Of a stretch of DNA of 64,000 nucleotides, positions 63,981 to 64,000 are shown piece by piece. The stretch spans positions 7,855-71,854 of the forward strand of contig JACQBS010000051.1 of the NCBI GenBank assembly GCA_016194325.1, written 5' to 3'. Positions within the stretch are counted from its first letter, which is position 1; each line of letters opens with the position of its first letter. The position numbers were made by a program, and so were the translations under genes. Under the pieces are notes generated by a model, which ran no database searches, was not told the origin of the DNA, and saw only the letters and a program-made list of their open reading frames with translations. This DNA comes from Nitrospinota bacterium. Lineage in GTDB: Bacteria > Nitrospinota > Nitrospinia > UBA9942.

Positions 63981-64000
63981 ATAAATTTAACAAGATAGAT

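Overview
All function calls below come from motif recognition by eye; no database search, folding or statistics could be run. This is a 64-kb window in which every convincing gene (32 CDS) lies on the + strand.

Gene content, in order:
- The 3' part of a GspE/PilB secretion ATPase.
- A c-type cytochrome cluster: a 9-10-haem protein, a 1-haem peptide, a tri-haem c7-type lipoprotein, a di-haem plus EB_dh-like protein, and a 1747-aa protein with at least 20 CXXCH. An NHL/PKD surface protein is interleaved.
- Five secreted FGE-sulfatase-fold (SUMF1-like) proteins that lack the FGE catalytic cysteines.
- A 5498-aa secreted protein built from 12 LamG (Laminin_G_3) domains, about 20 copies of a ~100-aa module, a discoidin domain and a DUF2341 domain.
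- A tandem array of four TolB-like PD40 beta-propeller proteins.
- Two Cys-less double-rhodanese proteins and a ~14-blade WD40 protein.
- A TPR/TPR/TPR-ExbB-ExbD-ExbD-TonB envelope module.
- Three small stand-alone genes between these: GxxExxY, four-helix-bundle/23S-IVS family, and Uma2.

No rRNA, tRNA, CRISPR, transposase or integrase was seen.

The most unusual property is at the DNA level. The window is saturated with hairpin elements whose arms are tandem 6-10-nt units, for example GTGTCAG/CTGACAC, CACAGAG/CTCTGTG, CAGAAGT/TCTGTCT, CACGAAT/ATTCGTG, AGTCAAAG/CTTTGACT, and the decamers CACAGATAAA/TTTATCTGTG.
- They sit between genes and bracket the small genes.
- They are inserted in frame inside CDSs, with different repeats at the same loop of paralogues.
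- Most strikingly, they encode the signal peptides of many secreted proteins. The purine-rich arm gives the charged n-region and the complementary arm gives the hydrophobic h-region.
- Two further short stem-loop families (a 27-nt CTTGYCCYYGCA...GCRGGGA element and a G5/C5 palindrome) are also embedded in frame in unrelated genes.

The taxon cannot be assigned from the sequence alone.
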